In this document: one piece after another, positions 14,040 through 26,479 of the stretch | Layout: every line of letters begins with the position of its first letter | Position numbering within the stretch: position 1 is the stretch's first letter | Source of the DNA: the human T2T-CHM13v2.0 reference genome, Homo sapiens | Assembly (NCBI RefSeq): GCF_009914755.1 | Contig: NC_060928.1 | Direction: 5' to 3' (one strand) | DNA: 64,000 bases | The notes under the pieces: generated by a model | What the model was told of the DNA's origin: nothing | What the model saw: the letters and a program-made list of their open reading frames with translations, nothing else | The model's database searches: none | Made by a program: the position numbers and the translations under genes

Positions 14040-14285
14040 TAATATTAACAATGCAAAGAACAAGTATACTAGCAAACAAATATTGAATGATTTCCCTGTG
14101 TAGACATATGCTAAGGGCTTGATACATGATATCTTGTGGGATCGTCATAACGCTATGTGTTAGGCACTAATGTAATCTTCATTTGCATATGAGAAAACTG
14201 GGACCTAGAGAGATTATATAAGTTGCCAAGAGTTCTAGAACTACTACACTCTAAAGGTATTTTAGCACTCAGATCTACCTTAATT
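14040..14285 (-). mobile_element. MIR (MIRb-like)
   Basis: catatgctaagggcttgatacatgatatctt..atcgtcataac...catttgcatatgagaaaactgggacctagagagattatataagttgccaag. Confidence 0.7.
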
Positions 14286-14685
14286 CAATTGAGTATTTGC
14301 CCCTCTGTAAGTATACAGACAAATATAGGTCTTACACATGGTGGATGGTTAACAAAAATCATTTACATGAAACTATTAGTGAATTAATGACTCCTTATAG
14401 ATATTTTAAAATCAACTCTATTAAATTTATTTTTCTGGAGCACCACACAAGCTAGATTTTACCTAGCTTTGTCATATTTGTTCTTACAGTGAGTGACCCA
14501 TGGTGTATAATAGGATCACAAAAAGAGTCATTATTTGATACCCTAGGATGGCCTTTCTGGCTTTTATTTCACATATTCAAGTGTTAAGATCCACCTATTA
14601 TGCCTTAAAATACAGCCTGCTTTGGAAAGCACTCCTATAAGCAGAGTTTGGGGGAGGTATACCTTTGCCTGAAGAAACAGACATT

Positions 14686-15142
14686 GTATTCATTAGGATA
14701 TAGAATTGCCACCAGAAACGGAGATCCAAAATAAACTTCACTTAACCAAGGTAGAAGTTTGTTTTATATTCATATATAAAAGTTGAGCTAGCGTGACAGT
14801 TCTGCTCCAGGGAATCATCAGAGGCACAGAATCCTTCTATAATTTTGCTGTGCCATTTCTAAGGAGCTGCATCTATCTGCAGAACTCAACATAGCTTACT
14901 GTGATTTATAAGGTGAGGGAGCAGAGCTACTTTCCCTTTAGGGCACATTGTGGAATGTTCACATGCCTCTTTCCTTAAACCCTATTGCTCTGAATTTAGT
15001 CATATAGCCACACTTTGGTACGGTGATGCTAAGAAATGTAGTCTTTATGTTAGGTGGCCATATGATCAGCTAAACTTTCTAATAGTATAAAAAAGAAGAG
15101 AGGGCATATACAAATTGGGAGATAAACAGTAGTTTCTCTCAT
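14686..15142 (-). mobile_element. MLT1I/J-type MaLR solo LTR
   Basis: tgtattcattaggata start; cttaaccaaggtagaagtttg; tttagtcatatagccacac..gctaagaaatgtagtcttt..ggtggccatatg. Confidence 0.7.
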
Positions 15143-16889
15143 AGACCTGATAAACATATTATATTTGCTTTTAGTTGCGGAAGAAACTTGCTAAAATATT
15201 CTGCCACTTATTTTGCCATTAATATATAGAGATAGTGACAAACTTAAGATGAAAGGCAACATAGAACATGAAGTCAATTGGAAATACATATTATTTATTC
15301 CTAAGTGCATCTTAGACATCTGTAAGTTGGATTTGTAATTGATGTCTGATGTTAGATCACAAAGAAGTGAAGGTATGTTATCTAAGAAATTTTTTTTGCC
15401 AGTGGTCCTATCTCCAACACTCCTTCCTTGAATGGACATTAAAATACCTATGCATAAACCTTCACCATATTAATAGAAATTAAAAATGCAAAAATCATGC
15501 AGAAGCACATGGAGTATTTTGTTCACGGGTTGAAATTTTGTCAGCTGTGTATGAATAGAATGACTTTGACCTATAAAATAAAAGATTTTGTTAAAGCTAC
15601 TAGACTCTCTTTCCTCTGTTTCAGTGAAAAGGATCAGATGAGCAGCCTCCTTTTGTCTAGGAGAAAAGAAGAAAAAGTGAAAATTGCACTGTGATCTGTG
15701 GAATGGAAGTTTGATGGGAAAGTACAAGAGAGTTTAAAAGCAAGAAGGAAAAGTGAATTTATGAAACAGCTGGGAATGGTAGCAAAGAGAGTGAAGGGTT
15801 AAGTGGAATTTCTAGAGTTGTGATTTAACCAACAGTAAATGGCTAATATGATGAAATTAGGAATGTTTTCTACTCATAATGAGTTGCCTCTTAAACCTGC
15901 TTGTTATGAAAGTTTATTTCTGTATGCACTGACTCTTGTTTCTAAATGATTTTATTTAAATAATCTACATCACAAAACCTTTGGCAATTTATTTCTTCTG
16001 TCTATACATTTAGTAAATTCATAATTGATATGCCAGCATTGGGCTTTTTCAATGCACTGCCATGGACATATTCGGTTAATGTGTGATGCCGGAAGTGAGA
16101 TAACAATATTTGTTCGCCCCTGTCTTTTTTAAATCTCTGCATTAAGTTTAAAAATTAAAATATGGATATATCTTATCAGAAAAAATTAAACTTGGACTCA
16201 TACATCATATTCTTAATGACAATTTTGAAAATTTTCTTTTGGAACTTTTATTTTCATTTTCTGCCTAACTCATTTTTTTTTCTGTGAGTCTGGTTACTTG
16301 GCAACAGCATCCTTTCTTCCTAAATCTTAGTAAATACTTTTTAAAGATGACATGATTATGAAAACTGTTATCTGGAAAATAAATGGACTAAGTTTGACAG
16401 GGCGGACTAGTTACAAATAAATACTTGGTCTGTTCTAGTTATGCACCATCACAGAATCAGAGGGTCAGAGCCAGGAGTCCTTAAAGGTTTGGTGATCAAA
16501 TTCTCCCACAATGCACAGATAACGAGAGAGAACATCATGTTTGCTTTCATTGTTATTTCCATTTTTTTATGCCAACATCAGAGCATACAAAGCATAAAGA
16601 ACAATCCAGAGATAGCAGAGGGGTTTCTTTCTAAAAGAGCTTCTCATTCTTTCAGGTGAATTCTAGCACTGGGTAAAGAGTTTACACAATTTATATAAAC
16701 TTCCCATAAAAGAAACTGAATGTTTTATTCTTTTACTTAATTTCTTTTGCCTCACGCATAACACATTTGTCTACGACTCTAGTCGTATGAACAATAAAGA
16801 TATAATAAAGTATCTTAACTTATTGTTCTCCCTGGACTACACATTTTGGGAAAGGTTAATTTTCCTAAAGGAAATTAACATGTTGAATA

Positions 16890-17263
16890 GACCCCCTACC
16901 ACCAGACACCTCTATCTGAATGTCAAGTAGAAATCTCAAATTCGAAATGTCTAACATAGAACTCCTGATCTCCTCTCCAAATCAATTGTTTAGGACAAAA
17001 GTCAAGAAGTTGTCTTTAAGTCTTCTCTTTCTCTGTTACCTCATACCCAATTCATGGGCAATGCATATTAACTCTACCTTCCAAATTTATCCCAAATCCT
17101 GCCACTTCTTACTACCTCTGTTATTAGTGGACTTGGGGAAGGCACAGTTATCTCTTATATGAATCTCCACAAAAGCTTCCTAACTGGCTTTCCTCATTCC
17201 ACACTTCCTTTATGCTCTTTTCTTCTCTTAGAGGTCAAGATAATCTTTTCAAAAAGTAAATCC
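16890..17263 (+). mobile_element. L2a LINE fragment
   Basis: atctcaaa..aaatgtctaacatagaactcctgatctcc; ctctaccttccaaatttatcccaaatcctgccacttct; cttcctaactggctttcct. Confidence 0.75.
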
Positions 17264-17264
17264 T

Positions 17265-17436
17265 AGCCAGGCACATTGGTGTGTGCCCGTAGTTCCAGTT
17301 ATCTGGGAGTTTGAGGCAAGAGGATCACTTGAGCCCAGTAGTTCAAGGCCAGCCTGGACAACGTAGTGAGACCCACATCTGAAAAAAAAAACAAAACCAA
17401 AAGAAAACAAGCAAAACAAAACAAAACAAAAAAACA
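17265..17436 (+). mobile_element. FLAM (free left Alu monomer) with (CAAAA)n tail
   Basis: Single Alu monomer agccaggcac..ggatcacttgagccc..ccagcctggacaacgtagtgagaccc followed by an A-rich tail; degenerate TSD ending aaatcct. Confidence 0.85.
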
Positions 17437-18037
17437 GGAAATCCTTCCTCATGATCCCTAGCTCTAAGAGGAGGAATTTAGGCATACTTAAGAAAAAAAT
17501 GGATGCTGGGGGAAAATTGGAGGCAGTGGACAAGAAATAGTAAATATTACTACAGGGTGGAGGGAATAAAGCTAATACCCCTTATGAGTTTAATGTCTTT
17601 CTGAAGAGTTTAGTTGTGCTTAATTTATTTTGGGGGATAGTGTAGAAAGCCTGAGAGTGTTTGATAAGCTGGAGGACTTCCATAAAGAAAGTTTATTTAA
17701 AAATAGCAAGAGAGAAAAAAATGCATCGTTTTGTTGTTGTTGTTGTTTCATTATTGTTTTTAAACAAAGACTTGCTTTGAGTTAAAAATCAGATTATACA
17801 GTGTTTAGATCAGGGGGTGTGACAGAACAAGCTGCCAAGTATTTTTGACCTGGGGTAGTTTTAAGTTATTTGTAACAAAAGTAGCTCAAAGAAGGAGGAG
17901 AGCTCACCCTTGAAGAGCAAAACACTTTAAAATAAGTTCAAACAAATTTTTGTTTGTTAGTAAGAGGCAGGTGCTGACAGGGAGCGGTGCAAGCACAGGA
18001 TACAAGCGCTGAGGAAGGCTGCCATCCTTCTCTGATG

Positions 18038-18052
18038 TCAATAGATGGCGGT
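18038..18052 (+). promoter_or_regulatory. candidate CTCF site in a locally GC/CpG-richer unique patch
   Basis: TCAATAGATGGCGGT matches 13/15 positions of CCASYAGRKGGCRSY; motif only, no binding data. Confidence 0.45.
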
Positions 18053-18607
18053 GGTGCACCAGAAGAGAGTCGGTAGGTTTCGCCTGAGGCCTGCAGGAGC
18101 TAGTTTATGCAGGTACATGCTGAAAAAGACACTATTTTGTCTGAGGAACTGTAAATTGTATTCATGATTCACATATCATTATTAATTCATTTTGTATTCA
18201 TTATCATACGGCAGATTCATTTGACATTTATGCAGATGTCAGAGTGTAGGCACTTCCAGGAGCGATCTGTGCAGGTTCAGACCAGGCTGTGTGCAGGCTT
18301 TCATGGAAGCATGAGCGGAAAGAAGAAATGCTTTTTTAACCACAACAATATTAGACTGGAAATTGGGCCAGGGATTGCCCAACTAAAGGCTTTCAGTGCC
18401 TAGTTCTGTGACTACTGCGTGTGCTCACTACTTCCCCCTGCATATTTTTTTGGCAGATTAAGTCTGGCAGATGAGAATCTCCCAGTTTAGAGAGCTCTGA
18501 GCAAGATAAAAATTTAATAATCTTATTGTTGACCCTGCCACTTAGGGTAGAACAGATAATCCTTTAATAATGCACTTCAAAAGTCTGGTTTGCATAGTCA
18601 GAGACCA

Positions 18608-18795
18608 GAGGCAGCCTGGTATAGTGGAAAGAAAGCCTTTGAGACAGGAAAACGATGGATTCTGGTGTTGGCTCTGCCACTAACTAGCTCTGAGACTTTG
18701 GGAAAATCAATTAACCTTCCCAGGTCTCAGCCTCTTAATCCATAAAATGAAGGGACTACATGACATCATCCCAAAAGTCTCCTTTAGTGCTATAA
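18608..18795 (+). mobile_element. MIR3/MIRc
   Basis: gaggcagcctggtatagtggaaaga..ggctctgccactaactagct..gactttgggaaaatca.ttaacc..tctcagcctc..taaaatgaaggg. Confidence 0.8.
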
Positions 18796-19419
18796 ATAAC
18801 AAGATTTTTTGACAGAAAAAAAAACACATAAAAGATTGAGTTTTGAAACGCTAACATTTCTTTGTGACCTACTTCAAATCAGATGAGTTGTAAAGCTTGC
18901 TATGAATTGTAAAGCATATATCATCTGTGAGTAAATGCACCTCAAGCAGTTACAAGTGTGATTTATCGCTGGTGGCTGGTACGGTATCACATGTAACTGA
19001 CAGTACTTGGTCTTGAAACCTTTCTTAAATTTCAGAGATGACAGAATAGAAATTTTGAGAAGGAGGTCTAACTCCAGGACTCTTCTCACAAATGAACACA
19101 ATTTGACAAATTTTATGTCATGCTGTGGCATGCACTTTACAAATGTGTGAAGAGATTATCTATCTCGCAACATCCCCAAACTCTAAACTAGATTTTCCGC
19201 AGTACTCAAGTAGCTCTAGCAATAAAGCAGATGCTCAGAGACACATATTAACTCTTCAAAGACAGCAGGCTCTTCCCTCCTCTGAAATATGAAAATTTAG
19301 TTCTCTGAAATGGTTTATATACTCTCATGTGTTCCCTGATTGACACAGGAGATAGTGAACCAATTGGCCAGTTTGCAAATAAAGTACACTAATATTGAGC
19401 AGTTAAATAGATTATGTGA

Positions 19420-19800
19420 TTAAAGGTAACCAGGGAAAACCATATTTGGCTGTTTTTAAAAAGAGATGGCCAATAAACATGATAGGGATGTATACTTTGA
19501 ATTTCAAAACCTTGGACAGGGCTTCAAAGAAGAGATTTTTATAAAAGAGCAACTGTCAGAAAAGGGAAGGATGTTTTGTCATAGATCTCATACTTCCATC
19601 TCTTTGGAAGTGAATGGATGAATGAGGCATGAAAAGAACAATCCCTCAGGCATCAGTGTTGATACTCATTGTTTAATCTGATTATCCAAGATCAGATGGA
19701 GGAAGTGTCTGTGTTCTCGCATGTCTGCAGGTGATGTTAAGCTCTTCAATGCTATTCAATACTGGATGATTGGAAAAGTCGAATGAGAATTTCATTAGAT
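19420..19800 (+). mobile_element. CR1/L3 LINE reverse-transcriptase fossil
   Basis: Frameshifted remnants read IPQG-SVL...LFNLIIQD and SAGDVKL (cf. VPQGSVLGP.LFN.FI.DL and FADDTKL). Confidence 0.6.
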
Positions 19801-19824
19801 TAAAAGGATTGAAAAATAAGAAGG

Positions 19825-20330
19825 AACTTTATTTGACATACTCTAAGCAGCCACTACATGCCCAGAACTCTGCTAGTGTAAGAAATACCAAAATGCTAAA
19901 AAAAAAAAAAACCAAACCCAAACACAACAAAACAAACAAACAAAAAACCCCAGCTAAGAGAAGATTGACATACCATCAAAAACTCACTATTGCCACTATG
20001 AAAAGTGCTATCCTAAGAGATGTTGGGAGCAAGGAGAGAGGGAGGGCATCTAGAAGGATTGCTGAGGACTTCTAGAATAAAACAAGGCTGGAGAGGTAAG
20101 TGGCTGAAGGATGGGTAGAAGTAATCTAAATTAAATCGCAGGAGAAGCAGTGTATGGAAAGGCTTGAGAAGCTAAAAGTACATAGTATCTATTGAACATT
20201 CATTACCATAGTGTAACAGAGAAAAGAAAAATAATACCTGAGAGTGAGTTGTAGGACATGTGGTTAAAGAGGGAGACAAGGACCAGTTCGGAGGGATTGA
20301 ATGTGAGAACGGTAGATGCTTTTATGTGAG
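19825..20330 (-). mobile_element. L2 3' fragment
   Basis: cactacatgcccagaactctgctag..., aagtgctat, gctgaaggatgggtagaagt, ggaaaggcttgag typical of the L2 reverse strand. Confidence 0.55.
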
Positions 20331-20344
20331 ATCTATCTAGATCC

Positions 20345-23300
20345 AATTTTTAAAAATAATTTCAACTTGTATTTTGCATTCAGAAGGTATATGTGCAGAT
20401 TTGTTACATGACTATATTGTGTAATGCTGAGGTTTGGGGTACGAGTGATGCCATCGCCCAGGTAATGAGCATACTAACCAATAATTAATTAACCCTTCCT
20501 CCTCCCATCCTCTAGTAGTCCTCTGTGTCTATCATTGCCATCTTCATGTCCATAAGTACCCAGCATTTAGCTTCCACTTATAGGTAATATCATGGGGTAT
20601 TTGGTTTCCTGTTTCTGCATTATTTTGGTTAGGATAATGGCCTCAAGCTGCATCCATGTTGCTGCAAAGAATATGACTTCATATTTTCTATGTCTGCATA
20701 GTATTCCATGGTATATACACATATATACCACATTTTCTTCATCCAATCTACCATTGATAGACACCTAGGTTAATATCACGCCTTTGCAATTGTGAATAAT
20801 GCTGGGATGAACGTATGAGTGCATGTCTTTTTGGTAGAACAATTTATTTTCTTTTGGATATAGACCCAGTAACAGGATTGATGGTCTAAGGGTAGTCTGT
20901 TTTAAATTCCTTGAGAAATCTCCAAACTGCTTCCCACAGGGGCTGAGCTAATTTGCATTCCCACCAACAGTGTATGAGCATTCCCATTTCTCTGCATCCT
21001 CACCAGCATCTGTTGTTTTTTAACTTTTAATGATAGCTATTTTGATGGGTGTGAGATGGTATCTCATTGTGGTTTTGATTGGCATTTCTTTGATGATTAG
21101 TGATGCTGCACACTTTTTTCATATGTTTGTTGGTCGCTTGTATATCTTTTTTGAAAAGTGTCTGTTCATGTCCATTGTTCACTTTTTAATGGGGTTATTT
21201 GTTTTTTGCTTGGTGAACCATTTAAGTTTCTTACAGATTCTGTATATCAAATCATTGTCAGATGCATAATTTGTGAACATTTTCCCCCATTCTGTAGGCT
21301 GTCTTTTTACTCTGTTGATAATTCCTTTTGCTGTGCAGAAGCTCTTTCATTTTATTAGGTCACAATTGTCCATTTTTGTTTCTGTTGCAATTGCTTTTGA
21401 GGACTTACACATAAATTATTTCCCAAAGCTGATGCTCAGAATGGTGCTTCCCAGGTTTTATTCCAGGATTCCTGTAGTTTGTGTTCTTACATTTAAACCT
21501 TTAATTGATCTTGAGTTAGTTGCTGTATATGGTGAAAGGTAGGAGCAAAGTTTAATTCTTCTGAATATGGCTACCCAGTTATCCCAGTACCATTTATTGA
21601 ACAGAGAATTCTTTTCTCATTGCTGATTTTTGTCAACTTTGTTGAAGATCAGATGGCTGCAGGGATATGGCTTTATTTGTGGGTTCTCTATTCTGTCCCA
21701 TTGGTCTCTATGTTCGTTTTTGTACCAGTACCATGCTGTTTTGGTTACTACAGCCTTATAGTTTAAAGTCAGGTAATATGATGCCTCTTGCTTTGTTCTT
21801 TTTTCTTAAAATTGCTTTGGCTATTCAGGGTTTTTTATGTTGTTGTTGCTCCACATGAATTTTAGAATAGTTTTTTTCTAACGCTGTGAAAAATGACATT
21901 GGTAGTTTGATAAGAATAACATTGAATCTGTTGATTGCTTTGGGTACTGTGGACCTATTAACAATACTGATTCTTCCAATCCATGGGATGGAATGTTTTT
22001 TCATTTGTTTGCATCATCAATGATTTTTTTTCAGCAGTGTTTTGGAGTTCTTTGTGGCTATCATAAGTGGGATTATGTTCTTGATTTGGTTCTCACCTTG
22101 AATGTTATTTGTGTATAGAATTGCTACTGATTTTTGTATATTGATTTTGTATCCTGAAACTTTACTGAGGTTGTTTATTGGTACCAGGAGCCTTTTGGCA
22201 GCGTCTTTAGGGTTTCCTAGGTATAGAATCATATCTTCAGTAGAGACATACAGTTTGATTTCTTCTTTTTCTATTTGGATACATTTTTATTTCTTTCTCT
22301 CGCCTGATTGCTCTTGCTAGGACTCCCAGTACTATGTTGAACAGGGGTGGAGGGAGTGGGCATCCTTCTCTTGTTCTAGTTCTCAAAGGTAATGGTTCCA
22401 GCTTTTACCTGTTCACTCTAAAGTTGGCTGTGGGTTTGTCATAGATAGCTCTTATTATTTTGAGGTATGTTCCTTTGATGCCTAGTTTGCTGAGGGTTTT
22501 TATCATGAAGGGATGTTGAATTTTGTTGAAAGCTTTTTCTGCATCTATTGAGATGATCGTATGGTTTTTGTTTAATCTGTTTATGTAGTGAATCACATTT
22601 ATTGATTTGAGTATATTGAATCAACCTTGCATCCTAGGAATAAAGTCTGCTGGATCATGATGAATTAACTTTCGGTAGTGCTTCGGGATTTGGTTTGCTA
22701 GAATTTGGTTGGGGATTTTTGCATCTATATTAACCAGGGATATTGGCCTGTAGTTTTCTTGTTTTCATTGTCTTTGCTAGGGTTTGGTATCAGGGTGATT
22801 CTGGCTTTATACAATGAGTTAGAGAGAAATCCCTCCTCCACGATATTTTGGAATTGTTTTTGTAGAATTATTACTGGTTCTTCTTTGTATGTCTGCAGGA
22901 TTATGCTGTAATTCATCTGATCCAGGGCTTTTTTTGTTGTTAGGATTTTATTACCGATTCAGTTTCAGAACTCAATATTGGTCTGTCCAGGATTTTAATT
23001 TCTGATTCAATCTTGGGAGATGGTGTGTTTTCACTAACTCATTCATTTCCTCTGGATTTTCTAGTTTGTGTGCATAGAGGTGTTCACAATAGTCTCTGGG
23101 GATCTTTTATATTTCTGTGGGATTGGCTGTAATGTCATTTTTTTGGTTAATTCTCATTGTGCTTATTTGGATTTTCTGTTTTTTTTTAATTTGTTAATCA
23201 AAGTAGTGGTCTATGGATCTTGTTTGTCCTTTCAACAAATCAATCTTTGATTTTATTGATAATTTATATGGATTTTTTGGTTTTAATTTTGTTCACTTCT

Positions 23301-26300
23301 GCTCTGATTTCAATTATTTCTTTTCTTGTGCTACATTTAAGGTTGTCTTGTTCTGGTTTTGAAAATTTATCTAGGTGTGATGTTAGATCCTTAATTTGAG
23401 ATATAACTTGTTGAGTTAGCTCTTGAGTGCTATAAACTTTCCTATTAACTCTATTTTTGCTGCTTCTGGGAGGTATTGGTATGTTGTATCTTTGCTTTCA
23501 TTTATTTTAAATAACTTTTTTTGATTTTTGCTTTAATTTCATTGCTTATCCAAAAGTCATTTGAGAAATAAATGTTTAACTTCCATGTAATTGTGTGGTT
23601 TTGAGAAATCTTCTTGATATTCATTGCTATTTTTATTTTACTGTGTTCTGAGAGTGTGCTTGGTGTGATTTCACTTTTTTTTTTTAATTTCTTGATACTT
23701 GCCTTATGGCTAAGCATTTGGTTGATCTTGGAGTATGTTCTGTGTACAGATGAGAAGAATGTATACTCTTTGGATGATGGGTGGAGTATTCTGTAGATGC
23801 CCATTAGATCCAATTGGTTGAGTGTCAAATTTAAGTTCAGAATTTATTTGTTACTTTTCTGCCTCAGTGATCCATCTAACGTTGTCAGTGGGTTGTTGAA
23901 ATCCCCCACTATTATTATGTGGCTAAGTCTTTTCATAAGTCGAGAAGAACTTGTTTTATGTATCTGAGTACTCCAATGTTGAATGCATATGTATTTAGGA
24001 TAGTTAAGTCTTCTTGCTGAATTGCACCCTTTATCATTATATAATGTAATCTTTTTCCTTTTTTACTATTGCTGGTTAAAAATCTGTTTCATCTGACATA
24101 AGAATAGTGACTCTTGATCTTTTTTTTTGTTTTCCATTTGCATGATAGATCTTTCTTCCACCCTTTACTTTGAGCCTATGGGTGTCATTATGTGTGAGAT
24201 GCATCTCTTGAAGACAGCAGACAGATGGATCCTGCTTTTATATCCAACTTGCCATTCTGTGCCTTTTGAGTGAGGTGTTTAGACCATTTACATTCAAGGT
24301 TAATATTGGTATGTGACGTTTTGGATCTATTATGAAGTTGTTAGTCTGCTTCGTAGTTTCTATTGTGTGGTTGCTTGATAGGGTCTGTGGGCTGTGTATT
24401 TAAGTGCATTTTTGTGGTGCCAGGTGTCATTCTTTTATTTCCATGTTCAGAACTCCCTTAAATATTTCTTGTAACACTGGGCTAGTGGCAAAACGAATTT
24501 CCTCAGCACTTGCTTCTCTGAAAAAATAAATATTTCTCCTTCACTTATATAGCTTAGTTTGCCAGAATATGAAATTCTTGGTTTGAATTTGTTTTCTTTG
24601 GAAATGCTAAAAATAGGTCCTCAATCTCTCCTGGCTAGCAAGGTTTCTGCGGCGAAGTCTGCTGTTAGCCTGATAGGGTTCCTGTTGTATGTGATCTGAC
24701 CTTTTACTCTTGCTTCTAAGGTTTTTTTTCTTTAGCATTGACCTGGACAGACTGGTGACTATGTATTGGTGATGTTTCCTCTGTATAGCATCTTACAGGT
24801 GTTCTCTGGATTTTGTGTAACTGGATGTCTACCTATTAGCAAGATTAGAAGAAATTTCTTCAACTATTCCCTCAAACATGTTTTCCAGTTTTCTTACTTG
24901 TTCACCTTCTGTCTCAGGAATGCAAATAATTTGTACATTTGGTCACTTTACAAAATCCATATTTCTCAAAAGTCTTTGTTCATTTAAAAAATTATTTAAG
25001 TTTTGTCTGATTGAGTTAGTTTGAAAGACTGGTATTCAAGCTCTCGAATTATTTTATCTGTTTTGTTCATTTTATTAATAAAGCTTTTACTTGTATTTTG
25101 AAATTCCTTAAGTAAGTTTTTCTATTTCAGAATATCTGATTGATTTCTTTTTAAGATGTTTATCTCTTCCTTCATTGTCCTGGATTGCTTTAGAAGTTTG
25201 TTTGTGTTAATTTTCAACCTTGAATTTCATTGAGTTTCCTTGCAATCCACGTATTGAATTCCTTATCTTTCATTTCTGAGTTTATATTTTGGTTAGGGAC
25301 CATTGCTGGAAAGCTAGTGTGATTCTTTGGTGGTGGCACTACATTCAGATTTTTCATGGTGCAGAATTTTTGCTCTGGTTGCTTCTCAACTGGAAATGTT
25401 GGCACTTCTAATTTTTGTAATTATTTTTATGCAGGTAGGATTTTTTTTCTTTTTCTTTCTTGTCCTATAGTATCATCATTTGCTCCTTCCCTTTCCCTTT
25501 CCCATCGCCTTAGGGTGTATGTGTATATAGAATGTTGGATAGGATCTTTTGGCTTTGCTTGTACAGCCATAAGCACGCATGTCAGCTGGTTTCATATTGA
25601 GTTGTGCAGTTTAACCTACAAGCCAGTAGATGGCGCTTATAGGTAAACGCTGTCTGCTGCCAGCATGACTGGGTGGGTATATACTTGGTCCTTGTTTACT
25701 GGAAGAAGCTCTCTGTTGCCTCAGGCAATGGGCTGATGCATGGAGTGCACAGGCTCTGAGTTCACTGCTCTGACCTCGGGAATTGGGGAAAGATGGGTAG
25801 GGCTGGATTGGGCAGGTCCACCTACAGATTCCCTGATGACAGACACAAGCACCAGCACTGAGGAAGAAGAGGAACAATCCAGTGGGTGGTCGCCAAGCAC
25901 CCAGAGGTGTGCCGCCTAGGTGTGGAGCTGAGAAACCTCCTCATCCCCAAGATCTCTGTATGGGGAAGGGAGTGAGCAGCCTAAACTCCTAATTCAGGTG
26001 AGCAGGTGCTCCAGTTGCCTGAGATCTGCCTGGGCATGCAGTGTAGAGGGCCCTTCTGCACCACAATCTCTGCACATGCGGCTGAGGCGTCTTAGGTTGC
26101 TCATCCAGGCAAAAAAGTGCTTCAAATGCCTAGAGATTGGCCTGGGTGGAGAGTGGAGAGGACCCTGTGTTAGCACAATCTCCACTAGAAGGGTCAGGGA
26201 GGCTCAGGCTACTGATTCAGGTGAGCAGGTGCTCTGACTGACTGAAGACCTACTTGGAACATGAAAATGGAGTGGAAAAGGCCTCGCTAAACCATGATCT

Positions 26301-26479
26301 CTGCACAAGAAGGACGGGATAGCTCAGGCTGCTGGTTCAGGCATGTGGGTGCTTCAAATGCCTGGAGTTATCCCTGGGCATTGAGCAGAGAGGGCCTGGT
26401 TGTATCACAGTCTCCGTGCAGAAAGGGTGGGGCAGCTCATGCTGCTGAACTAGCAAGGGGCTGCTCTGACTGCCTGGAG
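20345..26479 (-). mobile_element. near-full-length decayed L1 (L1PA15/16-type), ~6.1 kb, 3'UTR-ORF2-ORF1-5'UTR
   Basis: 3' end gctgaggtttggggtacg..tgatgccatcgcccaggtaatgagcat; ORF2 remnants ([57 protein letters not shown]); ORF1 N-terminal remnant at 25214-25405; degenerate TSD tagatccaatttttaa (20338) / tagatctagttttgaa (26480). Confidence 0.95.
25885..26479 (-). repeat. ~112-bp tandem monomer array in the L1 5'UTR
   Basis: Units start near 25995, 26106, 26218, 26338 and 26450 (cagg...gtgct...tgcct.gaga). Confidence 0.8.

Noticed and set aside
20567-25405. ORFs with reverse-transcriptase, endonuclease and ORF1 similarity
   Set aside because: Broken pieces of a decayed L1 with many stops and frameshifts; not functional CDS
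25995-26479. CRISPR-like regularly spaced repeats
   Set aside because: Whole units are homologous with no unique spacers; part of an L1 5'UTR; no cas genes
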